This document shows positions 19,111-28,838 of a DNA stretch of 64,000 nt, in pieces (the stretch's first letter is position 1; every line of letters starts with the position of its first letter). The notes under the pieces are model-generated. The model was not told the DNA's origin and did not search any database. It worked only from the letters and a program-made list of their open reading frames with translations. The DNA comes from Blastocatellia bacterium. GTDB lineage: Bacteria; Acidobacteriota; Blastocatellia; UBA7656. Position numbers and translations under genes: made by a program. The stretch lies in NCBI GenBank assembly GCA_963765495.1, contig CAVXWP010000009.1, positions 320,001 to 384,000 of the forward strand, written 5' to 3'.

Positions 19111-20862
19111 ATGAAATTATCATCAGTCGTTTCAGGCATATCTAAAAGGCGGGGCAAAAAGTCGGCCACACCAAAGGAGGAGGTAATCGATCTATCCAGC
19201 GCTTGCGAAGATCATTCGTATGATGACCTCAATGACATACACACTACTGTAGAATACAGTGAACCATTCGGCGCAGAAGAGACGCCAGCAGACGAGCAGT
19301 TTCGGTCAGATGATGCCAGGGAGGAAGTCACCTCTGCCGACTCGATGTCGGGCGAATGCTCGGGAGACGAGGAAAGCGCTCTGGAAGTCGAAGACGCCGC
19401 TTTCGAGATCGTGGCTGGCTGCGTTGTAGAAGTGATGGACCCGGGTGATCAGGAAACTGGTTTGGACTTCAGCTACTCTGCTTTCCAGGACCAGGTTGCC
19501 GGTTCGATGGATGAGGCTACGAAAAGGTTTCTTGAGCAAGCGAAATCAGGCTCGCTCTTAGAGATGGACACCTCCACACGAGAAGAACTGGCCCGCGCAT
19601 TTCCCTCTGCCGCAAAGATCGATTGCGACCCCCGAATTGAGGCCGATTCTTCCTGCAATGAAGAATTCTCTCCCCAGGCTGCGCCCGTTCAGATTGATCA
19701 GCCATCGCAGCAGATGAATGATTTGCAGCATCAATACAATCGTCGCAGGGATAACCGAAGAGAGCTTTGTTTGCCTGTAATCGTAAAGGGGTACGATCAG
19801 GATCGCGGCGAATGGGAAGAAGAATCGGAAACAATCGATGTGAGCCGGTTCGGCATAGTCCTCCGCATAAGCAAGCGGATGAAACACAGCATGATTGTGC
19901 ATCTTTCATTGCCTTTACCATCGGAGTTACGCAGCTACGATCATTCTGAGTCCGACTATCGCGTCTACGCAATCGTGAGAAGAGTAGAAGCGGCCATAAA
20001 AGGCATGCGAATCATTGCACTCGAATTCATTGGCCAGCATCCGCCAATCGGATACATTGAAGAGCCGTGGGCCTGCTTTCAAAGCAACAAGTGGAGCGGG
20101 AGAGAGCGCAGGAAAGAGCCTCGCGAGGAGAGAAACGATATAGTCTGGATAGAGTACCTGGATGAAGCTATGCAATGTATCTCCAGAGAGGTAACCCGCA
20201 CCGAAGATCTCAGCAGCACCGGCATGCGCGTTTCGGTCAAGTCTGCTCCTCCCGATTTTGAGGTAGCAAGAGTGAGCTATCCGAGTCGCAGTCTGGAAAT
20301 CTGCGCCGTAGTCTGTAATCGGTACAAAGACAAAGATGGCCTCGAACGGCTATGCCTGCAATTCCTCGATAATGCCTGGCATGTAAACTCCCTGCGGGCA
20401 CAGAAGGGGGCTGATGAATGGGTCCAGATGGAAACTCCCTTTGAAGAGCAAAAGAGGATACTCCTGGCAGAAGACGACCCCGTCCTGCGCAAGGTGCTTG
20501 GGCGAATGCTCAAAGAGGCAGGGTACGAGTTGATAATGGCTGATGATGGCAAGAGCGCAGTGGAGAAGGCGACCAGAGAAAGCCCCGATCTAGTATTGAC
20601 CGATGCCCTGATGCCACACATGCACGGCTTCATGGTTTGCAAGGCGGTAAAGGAATTACCCAACCCCCCGGCTGTAATTATCCTGACGGGAGTTTATGTG
20701 AACCCGGTCTACAGACGAGAAACCCAGACCAAGTATGGCGCGGATGCGATGGTAACCAAACCGTTTGAGATTTCACAGTTGCTGGCCCTGATCAAAGATC
20801 TTGTTACAAACAGGGTGCGATCTCTAAAACCACAGGAACAGCTTTCAATGGTCAATGCGTGA
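19111..20862 (+). CDS. Acidic N-terminus + two PilZ-like domains + C-terminal receiver domain
   Basis: RRDNR...IDVSRFG and RRKEPR...EDLSSTG (RxxxR, DxSxxG); REC with AEDD, LTDALMP, LTG and KPF. Confidence 0.82.
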   Translation: MKLSSVVSGISKRRGKKSATPKEEVIDLSSACEDHSYDDLNDIHTTVEYSEPFGAEETPADEQFRSDDAREEVTSADSMSGECSGDEESALEVEDAAFEIVAGCVVEVMDPGDQETGLDFSYSAFQDQVAGSMDEATKRFLEQAKSGSLLEMDTSTREELARAFPSAAKIDCDPRIEADSSCNEEFSPQAAPVQIDQPSQQMNDLQHQYNRRRDNRRELCLPVIVKGYDQDRGEWEEESETIDVSRFGIVLRISKRMKHSMIVHLSLPLPSELRSYDHSESDYRVYAIVRRVEAAIKGMRIIALEFIGQHPPIGYIEEPWACFQSNKWSGRERRKEPREERNDIVWIEYLDEAMQCISREVTRTEDLSSTGMRVSVKSAPPDFEVARVSYPSRSLEICAVVCNRYKDKDGLERLCLQFLDNAWHVNSLRAQKGADEWVQMETPFEEQKRILLAEDDPVLRKVLGRMLKEAGYELIMADDGKSAVEKATRESPDLVLTDALMPHMHGFMVCKAVKELPNPPAVIILTGVYVNPVYRRETQTKYGADAMVTKPFEISQLLALIKDLVTNRVRSLKPQEQLSMVNA

Positions 20863-20886
20863 TCGGTAAAGAGTGACAAAGAATCA

Positions 20887-20946
20887 GACAGGGTTTACAG
20901 GATTTTCCGGCCGTCTCTCAATAATTCTGTAAACCCCGTCAAAAAA
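20887..20946. terminator. Inverted repeat hairpin, possible terminator
   Basis: gacagggtttacagga ... ttctgtaaaccccgtc followed by an A-tract, 25 bp after the stop. Confidence 0.5.
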
Positions 20947-21184
20947 TTTATCTCTTCACACACACTTTCATCCGTTCTGATTTGCAGCCTCCTTTCAGGT
21001 AAGCTCAATCCCTGTCCACTCTAAACACCGGGACCAGGTTCAACACTTCGTTCCATTCTCGCGGCAGTTCATACCTCGTTCACTCTTTTCGCGTCAAACC
21101 GCTTGCCTTGAACGGGACAGGACAATTATAGTCCGCATCCGTAGGCAAAATTTTCTCCACTAAACATCCATCGAGGTTTAGAAA

Positions 21185-22777
21185 ATGGCAAATCAACTCT
21201 TTGCGAGAAAACCGCTTTCTCTTCTGCTGGAAGAGATGGCAGGCGAGCACCGTCTGCGTCGCGTGCTCGGTCCTGTAACTCTCACAAGCCTTGGCGTAGG
21301 TGCAATCATCGGCGCGGGCATATTCGTAGTCACGGGCGCGGCGGCGCACGACAAAGCGGGACCGGCGCTTATGCTCTCTTATGTAGTGGCCGGAACCGCC
21401 TGTATATTTGCCGCTCTCTGTTATGCCGAATTCGCCTCCATGGCTCCGGTCGCCGGGTCGGCTTACACTTATGCATACACCACGCTTGGCGAATTGTTTG
21501 CCTGGATCATTGGCTGGGACCTTGTGCTGGAATACGCGGTCGGAGCGGCAACGGTCGCAAACGGCTGGTCCTCTTATTTCCAATCAATTCTCAGCAACCC
21601 GCTGATATTCGGCTACACCCTGCCAAAAGCGATTAACGGCCCGCCCATCAATTACGACCCGTCGCTCGGGCAGGTAGTCTCTACCGGCTCGATAATCAAT
21701 CTGCCCGCCGTCTTTGTCGTAGCGGTTGTCACCGTTGTTCTGGTTGTGGGGATAAAAGAGAGCGCGGGCTTTAACGCCGCGATGGTTATGGTAAAGGTCA
21801 CCTGCGTGCTTTTCGTGATCATTGTGGGCGCGTTCTACATCAACCCGGCCAACTGGCGGCCCTTCGCGCCTTACGGTTATACGGGACTCAGTTTCTTCGG
21901 CAAGACGATAGCCGGATTGAAGGATGCCGGGGGCCAGCCTATTGGAATGCTCGCGGGGTCGGCAATAATATTTTTCGCCTACATCGGTTTCGATTCCGTC
22001 TCTACGCATTCGGAAGAGGCGCGCAACCCACAGCGCGACGTGCCCATCGGCATAATCGTTTCGCTGATCGTCTGCACATTGCTTTACATAGCGATGGTGG
22101 CGGTGCTGACAGGGATGGTTCCTTATAACGAGATCAAAGTGGACGCGCCCGTTGCGGCGGCATTCCGGCAGGTAGGCTTGAACTGGGCAGAGTTTTTGAT
22201 AGCCGTGGGTGGCGTCACAGGCATAACATCGGTCATGCTTGTGATGATGCTCAGCCAGCCGCGAGTCCTGCTCGCCATGGCGCGCGACGGGCTTTTGCCA
22301 AAGAGCTTTTTTGGCGCGGTCCACGAAAAGTATCGCACGCCCTGGAAATCGACTATTCTGACTGGAGTCTTTGTCGGTTCTCTGGCCGCTTTTCTGCCCA
22401 TAAACATTTTGACCGATCTCGTGAACATCGGAACGCTTCTGGCCTTTGTTATAGTCTGCGCGGCGGTGCTTATAATGCGGCGGACACACCCGGATGCCAA
22501 CCGCCCGTTTCGCGCGCCGCTTGTGCCGCTAATGCCGATCCTCGGCATACTGATCTGTACGCTGCTGATGTTCTCGCTCCCGCCTGAAAACTGGCTGCGA
22601 CTCTTTATCTGGCTCTTGCTTGGATTTGTGATCTATTTCGGTTACGGTAAACGCCATAGCGTGATGGCTCACGCGCTCGCTCACGAAGTAGGCAAGCACG
22701 GCGCATCACCGGCCGGGTCCCTGGCTACTGAAACCGAGTCCGTGCCGGAAGGCTCACCGGGAGCCAAACGCGAATAG
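21185..22777 (+). CDS. APC-family amino acid permease (paralogue of 7159-9111)
   Basis: GVGAIIGAGIF, ALCYAEFASMAPVAGSAYTYAY, FFAYIGFDSVST, QPRVLLAMARDGLLP. Confidence 0.93.
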   Translation: MANQLFARKPLSLLLEEMAGEHRLRRVLGPVTLTSLGVGAIIGAGIFVVTGAAAHDKAGPALMLSYVVAGTACIFAALCYAEFASMAPVAGSAYTYAYTTLGELFAWIIGWDLVLEYAVGAATVANGWSSYFQSILSNPLIFGYTLPKAINGPPINYDPSLGQVVSTGSIINLPAVFVVAVVTVVLVVGIKESAGFNAAMVMVKVTCVLFVIIVGAFYINPANWRPFAPYGYTGLSFFGKTIAGLKDAGGQPIGMLAGSAIIFFAYIGFDSVSTHSEEARNPQRDVPIGIIVSLIVCTLLYIAMVAVLTGMVPYNEIKVDAPVAAAFRQVGLNWAEFLIAVGGVTGITSVMLVMMLSQPRVLLAMARDGLLPKSFFGAVHEKYRTPWKSTILTGVFVGSLAAFLPINILTDLVNIGTLLAFVIVCAAVLIMRRTHPDANRPFRAPLVPLMPILGILICTLLMFSLPPENWLRLFIWLLLGFVIYFGYGKRHSVMAHALAHEVGKHGASPAGSLATETESVPEGSPGAKRE

Positions 22778-22784
22778 GTGGGAA

Positions 22785-22862
22785 TGATGCGTGATGCGTG
22801 ACCGGAACCAGCAATCTATCAAAACAACGGATCACTCTTCACGCATCACGCTTCACGCTTCA
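22785..22862. repeat. TGATGCG-family inverted element, 30-bp core
   Basis: Core ccggaaccagcaatctatcaaaacaacgga (22802-22831), between convergent stops. Confidence 0.88.
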
Positions 22863-25283
22863 TTATTCGTGTCTGAGCGCGATCATCGGATCAACTTTCG
22901 TGGCTCGCCGGGCAGGCACATAACAGGCCAGAAAGGCCACGACGGCAAGCACCACAGGGATGGCCGCAAATGTCCACGGATCGGTAGTGCTCACCTTAAA
23001 GAGCATGTCCGACATAAAGCTAGACATCAGCTTGGCCAGAGCGAGTGCTCCGCCCAGACCGATTCCAAGCCCGAGCCCGGTCAAAGCCATTCCCTGACCC
23101 ACGACCATCTTCAGCACATCGCCGCGCCCCGCTCCAAGCGCCATGCGAATCCCTATTTCGTGCGTTCGCTGCGTGACCGAATAAGCCATCACACCGTAAA
23201 GACCTACCCCGGCCAAAAGCATCGCCACCCCTGCAAAGACGCCCAGCAGAAGCATCGAGAATCGCTGTTGCGCGACCGATGCGGATAATATTTCGGTTAC
23301 GGGCGTTATCCGCGAAACCGGCTGGTCTTTATCGATAGCCTGAACCTGACTGCGGATGGCCGCGCCCAGACCGGCCACATCGCCCTGACTGCGCACGATG
23401 AGCGTCATGTATGTGGTCGGTTTCTGCAAGTACGGCTCATAGGTTTGCAGCGTGGTCTCCTTATCCAGCCCGTATTGCTTCACATCGCCCACTATGCCGA
23501 CAATCTCGCGGAAAGTCTCGGGGCCGTTGGTCACGTTTATCCGCTTGCCGATAGGGTCTTCGCCGGGGAAAAAGCGCTTGGCCATTGACTCGCTGATTAT
23601 GGCGACATGCGGCGAGTCTTTCGTGTCGTTTTCTGTGAAGAAGCGCCCTCTCAAAAGAGGTATGCCCATCGCTTTAAAGTAATCGGGGCTTATGGCGTAA
23701 TAGTTTGTCGAAGGCTCCTGACCGGGCGGGTCGGGCGGGCGGCCTTCGATATTGAAACCCAGCACGTAATCCCCCGTGAGCGGCAGCACGTTGGTAGCGC
23801 CCACATCTTCTACGCCCGGCAAAGTCGAAACATTTTGAATAAGCTGGCGAAAGAAGGCCACTTCCTGATCATCTTCCGCGTACTTCTTCTGCGGCAGCGC
23901 AAGAAAAACGGCGGTCGCATTTTTGGCGTTGTATCCGGGGTCAACATGTTGAAGCGTGATAAAGCTTCTGATCAAGAGGCCAGCGCCCACAAGCAGGATC
24001 AGGGCCAGCGCGATCTCGACAACGACCAGAGTGTTGCGAATGCGCTGACGGCGACCGCCTTCGGTCGAGCCCCTTCCTCCTTCTTTCAAGGTTTCGTTCA
24101 GGTCGGGGCGGCTCGCCTGCAATGCGGGCATAAGACCAAAGAGCGCGCCCGTAAAGACTGTGATGAGAAAAGTGAACCCGAGCGCGCGCGCATCAACTGC
24201 CACATCTTTCACGCGGGGAAGATTCTCAGGCGCAAGCGTGAGCAGGAGGTCCAGCCCCCAGATGGCCAGAAGCAATCCGACCGCTCCGCCCGCAAGCGCA
24301 AGCAACACGCTTTCGGTCAGCAACTGTCGAGCTATGCGCCAGCGGCTTGCGCCGAGAGCGGTCCGAATTGAAATCTCTTTCTGACGCGAGGCGGCCCGCG
24401 CAAGCAAAAGGTTTGCGACGTTTACGCAGGCTATCAGCAGGACTAGCGCGACCGCGCCAAGCAGCACAAGCAGAGCCGGGCGAACTTCGCCCACTTCGGC
24501 TTCGAGCATAGGAATGAGTTTTACGCTCCATCCGGCATTGCTGTCGGGAAATTGCTGTTCCAGATTGCTGGCAATGGCTACCATCTCCGTCTGAGCCTGC
24601 TCGAAACTGACTCCCGGTTTGAGCCGTCCGACGGCCCCTACGTAATGGCCTCCATGACTTGCGCGATCTCTCGCATCGAAAGCCATCGGCGTCCAGAGGT
24701 CGGCTTCGCGGTAGGGGAACCGAAACGTTTCGGGCATAATTCCTATCACGGTGTATATCTCACCGCCGAGGTTCAGCGTCTGCCCTACAAAATTCGGGTC
24801 GCCTCCGAAGTTTCTGAGCCAGAGGCCGTGGCTTACCAGAACCACCTTATCGTGGCCCGGCTGATCTTCTTCGGGCAGAAAATCGCGCCCCTTTTCCGGC
24901 GCGACTCCAAGCAGCGAAAGCATCCCCGAGGTGAACTTCGCGCCACGCAGCCGCTCCGGCTCTCCCTTGCCTATCAGATTAAAGGTTGTCCCCCGATGAG
25001 CCTCTATCCGGTCGAAAAGGGTGTTCTGCTCCTGCCAGGAGAGGAAATTTGCGGGCGCTACGGAAAACTCGGGAAACTGCGGAAGCTTTGTCTCGCGAAA
25101 GACCATAAGGCGGTCGGGGTCGTCAAAGGGAAGCGGGCGCAGCAGCACCGTATTGACTACGCTGAAAATAGCCGTGTTGGCCCCGATGCCGAGCGCGAGA
25201 GCAATCACGGCAATGACGGTGAAACCCGGTTTGCGGGTCATCATTCGAACGCCATAGCGAATATCTTGAAAAAAAGTGCTCAT
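22863..25283 (-). CDS. ADOP-type duplicated ABC permease (MacB-PCD/FtsX x2) #1
   Basis: QDIRYGVR...[67 protein letters not shown]. Confidence 0.93.
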   Translation of the reverse strand: MSTFFQDIRYGVRMMTRKPGFTVIAVIALALGIGANTAIFSVVNTVLLRPLPFDDPDRLMVFRETKLPQFPEFSVAPANFLSWQEQNTLFDRIEAHRGTTFNLIGKGEPERLRGAKFTSGMLSLLGVAPEKGRDFLPEEDQPGHDKVVLVSHGLWLRNFGGDPNFVGQTLNLGGEIYTVIGIMPETFRFPYREADLWTPMAFDARDRASHGGHYVGAVGRLKPGVSFEQAQTEMVAIASNLEQQFPDSNAGWSVKLIPMLEAEVGEVRPALLVLLGAVALVLLIACVNVANLLLARAASRQKEISIRTALGASRWRIARQLLTESVLLALAGGAVGLLLAIWGLDLLLTLAPENLPRVKDVAVDARALGFTFLITVFTGALFGLMPALQASRPDLNETLKEGGRGSTEGGRRQRIRNTLVVVEIALALILLVGAGLLIRSFITLQHVDPGYNAKNATAVFLALPQKKYAEDDQEVAFFRQLIQNVSTLPGVEDVGATNVLPLTGDYVLGFNIEGRPPDPPGQEPSTNYYAISPDYFKAMGIPLLRGRFFTENDTKDSPHVAIISESMAKRFFPGEDPIGKRINVTNGPETFREIVGIVGDVKQYGLDKETTLQTYEPYLQKPTTYMTLIVRSQGDVAGLGAAIRSQVQAIDKDQPVSRITPVTEILSASVAQQRFSMLLLGVFAGVAMLLAGVGLYGVMAYSVTQRTHEIGIRMALGAGRGDVLKMVVGQGMALTGLGLGIGLGGALALAKLMSSFMSDMLFKVSTTDPWTFAAIPVVLAVVAFLACYVPARRATKVDPMIALRHE

Positions 25284-25303
25284 TGAGTAACCTCCGGGAT
25301 AAG

Positions 25304-25389
25304 GGCGTGATGCGCGATGCGTGATGCGTGATCCGTTGTTTTGATAGACTGCTGGTTCCGGTCACGCATCACGCATCGCGCATCACGCA
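25304..25389. repeat. TGATGCG-family inverted element, 30-bp core
   Basis: Core 25332-25361 is the reverse complement of the 22802 core with 1 mismatch. Confidence 0.88.
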
Positions 25390-26247
25390 TTACTGCTTAA
25401 GTGATATTTTCGCTCTATCGGCCTCGATGGAAAGCCTCGGGCCGCCGCCGTTGATGGTCCCTTCAAAGCTGTTTCCCTTTTTGGTTTGCATGGCTATCGG
25501 GAAATCCGTAGAGAAACCGCCTCTTTTACTGATGTCGGCGTTGACGCTGAGCGCCTGCCCCTGTGGCAGCCTCATTTCAAATACTCCACGGTCTACGCCG
25601 ATGCGTGAATCGCCTTCGATGCTGACATCGTCGAGCCTGCTGTCGGTTCGGTCGGTCTCAAAATCGAGCCGCCCCCGCAGACGCGAGAACGTGCCTTCGC
25701 CTCTGTCTATACGCATTCGAATTTCGCCGGTCAGATCGCTCGCCGTCACCGGAGTGCGGTCCGCATTCACATCGGCCCGCCCGTCGAATCCGCTGATAGA
25801 GAGTTTCGATCTGTCGATCTCAAGACTCAGGTTGAGGTTGCGCGGCGCTCGAATCTCGTAGTGGATGTTGGGCAGATGCTTTGACTCGTTCATAAATCCG
25901 CCTTCGGTCGGCACACCGTCAAAATTGGAGCGAATGGTAAGCGAGCGGGCATCGCCGGTTACTTCTATTTTCGCGCCTTCAACCGCGCGCCGAGCGTAAT
26001 CACTATCCACGCGCTCGGGCGCTTCGATTCGGGCATAAACCTCGACCTCATTTTGATTCCATGATGTCAGGCTGACGCTTCCCTTATCCGTATTTATTCG
26101 CAGGTCGCCGCCTGATTCAAAATTCACAGTCTTCTTGAATTCTTTACTCTGAAAGAGCGAACCTCCGGCGGCCAGCGCAAAAGGCGCGGCCTGAAAAAAG
26201 GCCAGCGTCACGATTATCAATAGAGTCGAGCGGTAATTCTTCATCAT
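25390..26247 (-). CDS. Exported DUF4097-like beta-strand repeat protein
   Basis: Signal peptide ending ALA; repeated short beta motifs (INTDKGSV, IDRGEG, VDRGVF); ends GTINGGGPRLSIEADRAKISLKQ. Confidence 0.72.
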   Translation of the reverse strand: MMKNYRSTLLIIVTLAFFQAAPFALAAGGSLFQSKEFKKTVNFESGGDLRINTDKGSVSLTSWNQNEVEVYARIEAPERVDSDYARRAVEGAKIEVTGDARSLTIRSNFDGVPTEGGFMNESKHLPNIHYEIRAPRNLNLSLEIDRSKLSISGFDGRADVNADRTPVTASDLTGEIRMRIDRGEGTFSRLRGRLDFETDRTDSRLDDVSIEGDSRIGVDRGVFEMRLPQGQALSVNADISKRGGFSTDFPIAMQTKKGNSFEGTINGGGPRLSIEADRAKISLKQ

Positions 26248-26367
26248 TTACCTCCAGGGTTATTTCGATTCCGTTCCCGGCAATCAATGCGGCAGCAACG
26301 CCGACACCTCGCCAACAGGTAGTGCGGAATTGGCCGCCAAGGTTGCAGAAATTTTCTGATTTGATTT

Positions 26368-26387
26368 ATCGAATCTCAAGACTGAGA
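26368..26387. repeat. Degenerate TCTCAAA-family remnant
   Basis: atcgaatctcaagactgaga abutting the stop at 26388. Confidence 0.5.
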
Positions 26388-28802
26388 TCATTCGCACCTC
26401 AGCGCCACCATCGGATCAACCTTCATCGCGCGGCGAACCGGGATAAAACTGGCTCCCAGAGCCACTCCCAGCAATATCAGCGCAACGGCGGCAAATATCG
26501 CGGGATCGGTCGGGCTTATCTGAAAGAGCAGGCTCGACATCAATCGAGTCAGAAAAAACGCCGCAATAAGCCCTATCGCAACCCCGGCCAACACAAGTAT
26601 TACGGCCTGCCCCACGATCAGACGCACCACGTCTCTGCGCCTGGCTCCGAGCGCCATCCGCACGCCTATCTCGTGCGTGCGCCGGTTGACCGTGTACGAC
26701 ATGACGGCGTATACGCCTACCGCCGCAAGCATCAATGCAACCCCCGCGAATATGCTCATAAGCAGGGTGTTGAATCGTTCGCTTGTGACCGAGGCCGATA
26801 TTCGCTTCTCCATAGAAGAGACTTTCAAAACAGGCAACTCCTGATCCGTAGCCCTGATCGCGTCGCGTATGGTCGAGGCGAGATTCATAGGGTCGCCCGC
26901 CGTGCGCACTACCAGATTCATGGTGCTCCACGGGCGTTGCGCGTGCGGCTCGTATGTAGCCAGGGCCGGTTCGGCGCTGAGGCCGGTGTTTTTCACGTCT
27001 CCGACCACGCCGACTATCGTGAGCCAGGGCTCGCCTTCGGGCGGCCCGATCTTTATCCGCTTTCCTACGGCGTCTTTGTCGGGCCAGTACCGGCGAGCCA
27101 TCTCGCCGTTTATCAAAACGACCTTCGTCTCTCCGTTGTCTCGGGCATCAAATTCGCGCCCGTAAATGAGCGGTATCCCCATGGTCTGGAAATAGTTTGG
27201 AAGCGCGCGGCGATAACTGGCCGAAGGCGCTTCCCCCGACGGGAAAGGGCGTCCCTCGATGGTCAATTCGCCGAGGCTGTCGCCCCCGCTTATCGGCAGA
27301 CGATTGACTGCGCTCGCGGCCTCGACGCCCGGAATTGCTTTAAGCTTCTGAGGAAGCTCCTTGTAAAACGAGATTACCTGGCTGGTATTGGGGTATCTTG
27401 AATTGGGGAGCGATACTTCCATCGTCAGCAGATTATCGGCTCGAAAGCCGGGATTGACTTTCTGCAATCGCCGGAAGCTGTCTATCATCAAACCAGCGCC
27501 GATCAATAGCACGAGTGAGAGGGCGATTTCCGCCACAACGAGCATATTTCGAGTGCGCGAACGAGCGAAACTTGCCGATGCTCTCCCGCCTTCCTTGAGA
27601 ACTTCGTTGAGGTCCGGTCTGGAAGCCTGAAACGCGGGCATGGTTCCAGATATTGCTCCGGTCAAGAGAGAGACCAGAAAGGTAAAGCCGAGCACCTGAG
27701 AATCAATACCGATTTCACTCGAACGAGGGATATAATCGGGCATCCCCGCAACCAGCCAGTCAACTCCCCATAGCGCAAGCAACAGCCCCAGCCCGCCACC
27801 CGCAAACGCAAGCAAGAGGCTTTCGGTAAGCAACTGGCGAATGATTCGCAAGCGGACGGCCCCGAGCGCGGTGCGAATGGCCAGCTCTTTTTGACGCGAC
27901 GCGGCGCGGGCAAACATCAGATTCACGACATTTGCGCAGGCTACAGCCAGCACGAAGACGACAGCGCCAAACAGCACAAAAAGCGACGGGCGGATCGTAC
28001 CAACCATCACTTCGTGCAGAGACTTGAGTTGAATGGCGTGGCCGGGATCGGCATCAGGGTATTGTTGTTGAATGCGGCCCGCGATCATGCTCATCTCAGT
28101 TTGAGATTGCTCGAGTGTGACGCCGGGCTTGAGGCGCGCAAGCGCAATAAAGACGTGTATAGCGCGGTTCTTCAGAAATATTTCAGGGGTGTTTGGAACG
28201 AGCGGCATCCATACGTCGATGTGCTCGGAAGGGATTTGAAACCCGGAGGGCATCACCCCAATGACACTGAAGGTCGCGTCGTCGAGTGAGATTGTCTTTC
28301 CCGACAGGTCAGGGTTCGCTCCGAATCTGCGCTGCCATAGCCCGTAGCTTATGAGGGCAACGGGCGCGCCTCCCGCCTTCTCTTCATCATCGGAAAAGGC
28401 GCGCCCGATTATCGGAGCAACACCAAGCGACTCGAACAGATTGTCTGTAACGGTTGCAGCTTGAACCCTCTCAGGCTCGCCGCCGCCCGACAGTATAAAG
28501 TCCTGCGAACCGATTGCTGCCATCTGGTCAAAGCTCTGGCTCTGGTTTCGCCAATCAACAAAATTGGAATAAGAGACACTGATCGGTTCCTCGCTCTGTT
28601 GAGGGTTGAATTCCTGAAGTATTACCAGTCTGTCGGCATCCCTGTAAGGCAGAGGGCGAAGTATGACGGCATTTACCACGCTGAATATCGCGCTGTTTGC
28701 GCCTATCCCCAGAGCCAGCACAACGAGCGCCGCCGCCGTAAAACCGGGGCTTTTCCGGAGCATCCGAACGCCAAAGCGTATATCTTGCCAGAGAGCTTCC
28801 AT
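26388..28802 (-). CDS. ADOP-type duplicated ABC permease #2
   Basis: Family motifs; start moved to ATG 28802 (MEALWQDIRFG). Confidence 0.93.
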   Translation of the reverse strand: MEALWQDIRFGVRMLRKSPGFTAAALVVLALGIGANSAIFSVVNAVILRPLPYRDADRLVILQEFNPQQSEEPISVSYSNFVDWRNQSQSFDQMAAIGSQDFILSGGGEPERVQAATVTDNLFESLGVAPIIGRAFSDDEEKAGGAPVALISYGLWQRRFGANPDLSGKTISLDDATFSVIGVMPSGFQIPSEHIDVWMPLVPNTPEIFLKNRAIHVFIALARLKPGVTLEQSQTEMSMIAGRIQQQYPDADPGHAIQLKSLHEVMVGTIRPSLFVLFGAVVFVLAVACANVVNLMFARAASRQKELAIRTALGAVRLRIIRQLLTESLLLAFAGGGLGLLLALWGVDWLVAGMPDYIPRSSEIGIDSQVLGFTFLVSLLTGAISGTMPAFQASRPDLNEVLKEGGRASASFARSRTRNMLVVAEIALSLVLLIGAGLMIDSFRRLQKVNPGFRADNLLTMEVSLPNSRYPNTSQVISFYKELPQKLKAIPGVEAASAVNRLPISGGDSLGELTIEGRPFPSGEAPSASYRRALPNYFQTMGIPLIYGREFDARDNGETKVVLINGEMARRYWPDKDAVGKRIKIGPPEGEPWLTIVGVVGDVKNTGLSAEPALATYEPHAQRPWSTMNLVVRTAGDPMNLASTIRDAIRATDQELPVLKVSSMEKRISASVTSERFNTLLMSIFAGVALMLAAVGVYAVMSYTVNRRTHEIGVRMALGARRRDVVRLIVGQAVILVLAGVAIGLIAAFFLTRLMSSLLFQISPTDPAIFAAVALILLGVALGASFIPVRRAMKVDPMVALRCE

Positions 28803-28810
28803 AATTCCCC

Positions 28811-28838
28811 TCTCAAATCTCAAATCTCAAATCTGAGA
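28811..28838. repeat. (TCTCAAA)3 + TCTGAGA array
   Basis: Fills nearly the whole gap between the stop at 28839 and the next start. Confidence 0.88.

Noticed and set aside
26323-26347. ECF-type promoter (TGCAAC-N15-CGCA, minus strand) before the DUF4097-like gene
   Set aside because: Spacing and -10 deviate from the usual AAC-N16-CGT pattern; too weak without TSS data
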